From the NCBI GenBank assembly GCA_963769935.1, contig CAVYNY010000001.1, forward strand, positions 102,471-166,470: DNA of 64,000 bases, read 5' to 3'. The position numbers were made by a program, and so were the translations under genes. Within the stretch, counting starts at the first letter, position 1, and every line of letters begins with the position of its first letter. The stretch is from an uncultured delta proteobacterium. GTDB lineage: Bacteria; Desulfobacterota; Desulfobacteria; Desulfobacterales; JAFDCJ01. The notes under the pieces were generated by a model. The model made no database searches. It was not told where the DNA came from and worked only from the letters and a program-made list of their open reading frames with translations. Of this stretch, positions 62,409-64,000 are shown piece by piece.

Positions 62409-62724
62409 ACAACACGGGAAAAGCATAAAGTCGCAATTAACATTTAATAACAATGGATTACATTAACAGGAGAGAGGTGCAGGTAAGGTTGGAACGATTG
62501 GTTCGCCCTCAAGATTTGGTGGGACCTCAATAAACTGAGGGCAATCTTGAGGGTAGCCGGACGGGTTAGTCAGACTACTTGGTCTCCGGCCACTGTACGT
62601 AATAAAATATTGATTGACTAACAGCATGTTTAAGGTCATCATCTGCCTGTTTTTTCTACAAAAACAAGAAAGGAGCCTTTAAAGGAAAATAGGAGACAGG
62701 TACTTTATGCTTTTGCAGAAGGAT

Positions 62725-62875
62725 AGGCCACCGCAGCCAGGCTCGATGTGAGCGCTGTGCTGGATATAGTCAGACGACCGGAGGCGTTCAGCGGCTGCAT
62801 CGTCACGCTTGTTGAACAGCGTGTCGAATGCCTCCGGAACCAAAGCTTTATTTTTCGATTCGGTCCTCTGACTCA
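62725..62875 (-). pseudogene. SnoaL-like/NTF2 family N-terminal fragment
   Basis: NKALVPEAFDTLFNKRDDAAAERLRSSDYIQHSAHIEPG; GGAGG RBS but CTG in place of ATG. Confidence 0.6.
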
Positions 62876-62929
62876 GCTTGTTCCTCCAATTCGCTTGAGG
62901 ACTTCAGGCCCCGAAGCCTCCGCCGGGAT

Positions 62930-63140
62930 GGCGGAATTCCCGAAATTGAAACTCATTGATAAACTCATCGAGGATAAAACATTCAAGCTGGTTGCTTTGT
63001 CATTGTCGCAGCGCAAAGATTTCCGGGAGCTGATCGGGCACCTGTGAAAAGGTGAAGCATCCTGCATCGCATTTGCAAAGGAACAAAGGGCAGCCGTTGT
63101 GACGGACAACCGCGCTGATAGAAAACAATGCTCTTTGAGA
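62930..63140 (+). pseudogene. PIN-like (DUF3368-type) fragment
   Basis: L*KGEASCIAFA....VVTDNRADR resembles LGxGEAxxIxLA...TDDxxAR. Confidence 0.5.
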
Positions 63141-63216
63141 AAGCTTAACGAATGCGATAGCCTTAAAGGATTGAACAACCGGGATCATTGGGTGCGGAAG
63201 ATTGCAGTCATTCAAC

Positions 63217-63792
63217 TCAGTCAGCAATATCCCCAATTTTTCGCTCAAGCGCTTTTCCCCATATTTCCAACAACGGTCCGTTCTTCCCGAAGATTGGATC
63301 TATTTTTGGCAGCGATACAGACCGGATTTTTTGATCTGCATGTGGCCGTTCGCCGGATTTGCCGTATTGCATATCTGGTGACTGCCCCGCAGGATAGGCA
63401 CCGACACAACGAAAATCCGGAGATTGATCGAGGTTCTTGTGGGATACACCTGCTGGGATGACTATCACATCTCCGGCTTTGGCGTCTGCTACTTGTCCGT
63501 CTGGTCCACCGAACTGGGCTTTCACCCTGCCTGCATACAGGCCCAGGACTTCATGCGCGGTGCTGTGATAGTGATGAAAATCATATATACCATTGCGCCA
63601 GGACCTTTCCCATGCATTTGCATGGAATGTTTTTTCAATGGTTTGTACCAAATTCTTTGTTTTTGGGTCGAAGACCTGCCGCATAAGGATCAGCGGCAAC
63701 GCATCATTATTGGGGAACTTGCCGTCGTCCGGGATTAAGAAAGTTTGTATATTTGGTTTGGTCATGGTATCAGCCTTCAGCAATTTTTTCAT
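63217..63792 (-). CDS. Cupin-domain protein (YjlB-like)
   Basis: FPNN..LP, HHYHSTAHEVL, GDVIVIPAGVSH and VGAYP motifs. Confidence 0.88.
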   Translation of the reverse strand: MKKLLKADTMTKPNIQTFLIPDDGKFPNNDALPLILMRQVFDPKTKNLVQTIEKTFHANAWERSWRNGIYDFHHYHSTAHEVLGLYAGRVKAQFGGPDGQVADAKAGDVIVIPAGVSHKNLDQSPDFRCVGAYPAGQSPDMQYGKSGERPHADQKIRSVSLPKIDPIFGKNGPLLEIWGKALERKIGDIAD

Positions 63793-64000
63793 TTTTGACT
63801 TTCTTTTTAAAAAATAAGATTCTCTTTTATTTTGGTTTAATGCTGCATTTAAAAATAAAAGGGAGTGACGCTAAAGTCAAATGAATTAGTGAACCCCTTT
63901 TTCCTGGCCGCTTTCATATCAGGTACCCCCCCGCTGCCCCGGGCTGGTATTGTGTGCCGGCAAAAAAAAAGAAACTGTGGAATTTCCGGAATAGGCCGGA

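Overview
Bacterial chromosomal segment of moderate GC content. Gene content (Fhs, IcmF, HDOD, PEP-CTERM, a UXX-star selenoprotein, tmRNA tag ADDYAYALAA) suggests an anaerobic Desulfobacterota member; this is inference. The core carries: a heterodimeric ABC exporter, an RNB nuclease, fhs and a B12 radical SAM gene; a TetR-controlled short/branched-chain acyl-CoA catabolic cluster (HMG-CoA lyase-like gene, enoyl-CoA hydratase, icmF, thiolase, hbd, acyl-CoA dehydrogenase); a Liv-type ABC uptake operon with an embedded acyl-CoA synthetase; ptsH-ptsI-smpB; and tmRNA (56277-56632). After the tmRNA comes a decayed accessory zone with a GIY-YIG nuclease, TA modules and gene fragments. A two-Sec selenoprotein missing from the ORF track lies at 49906-50133 (-). 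The most unusual signal is intergenic. At least five families of small non-coding insertion elements are present. Several have conserved ends but unrelated interiors, of fixed length in two families. They insert into short tandem-repeat palindromes and into each other. Two demonstrably split genes (hicB and the GIY-YIG nuclease), and precise removal restores each ORF. No transposase is visible in the window. All alignments were made by eye.
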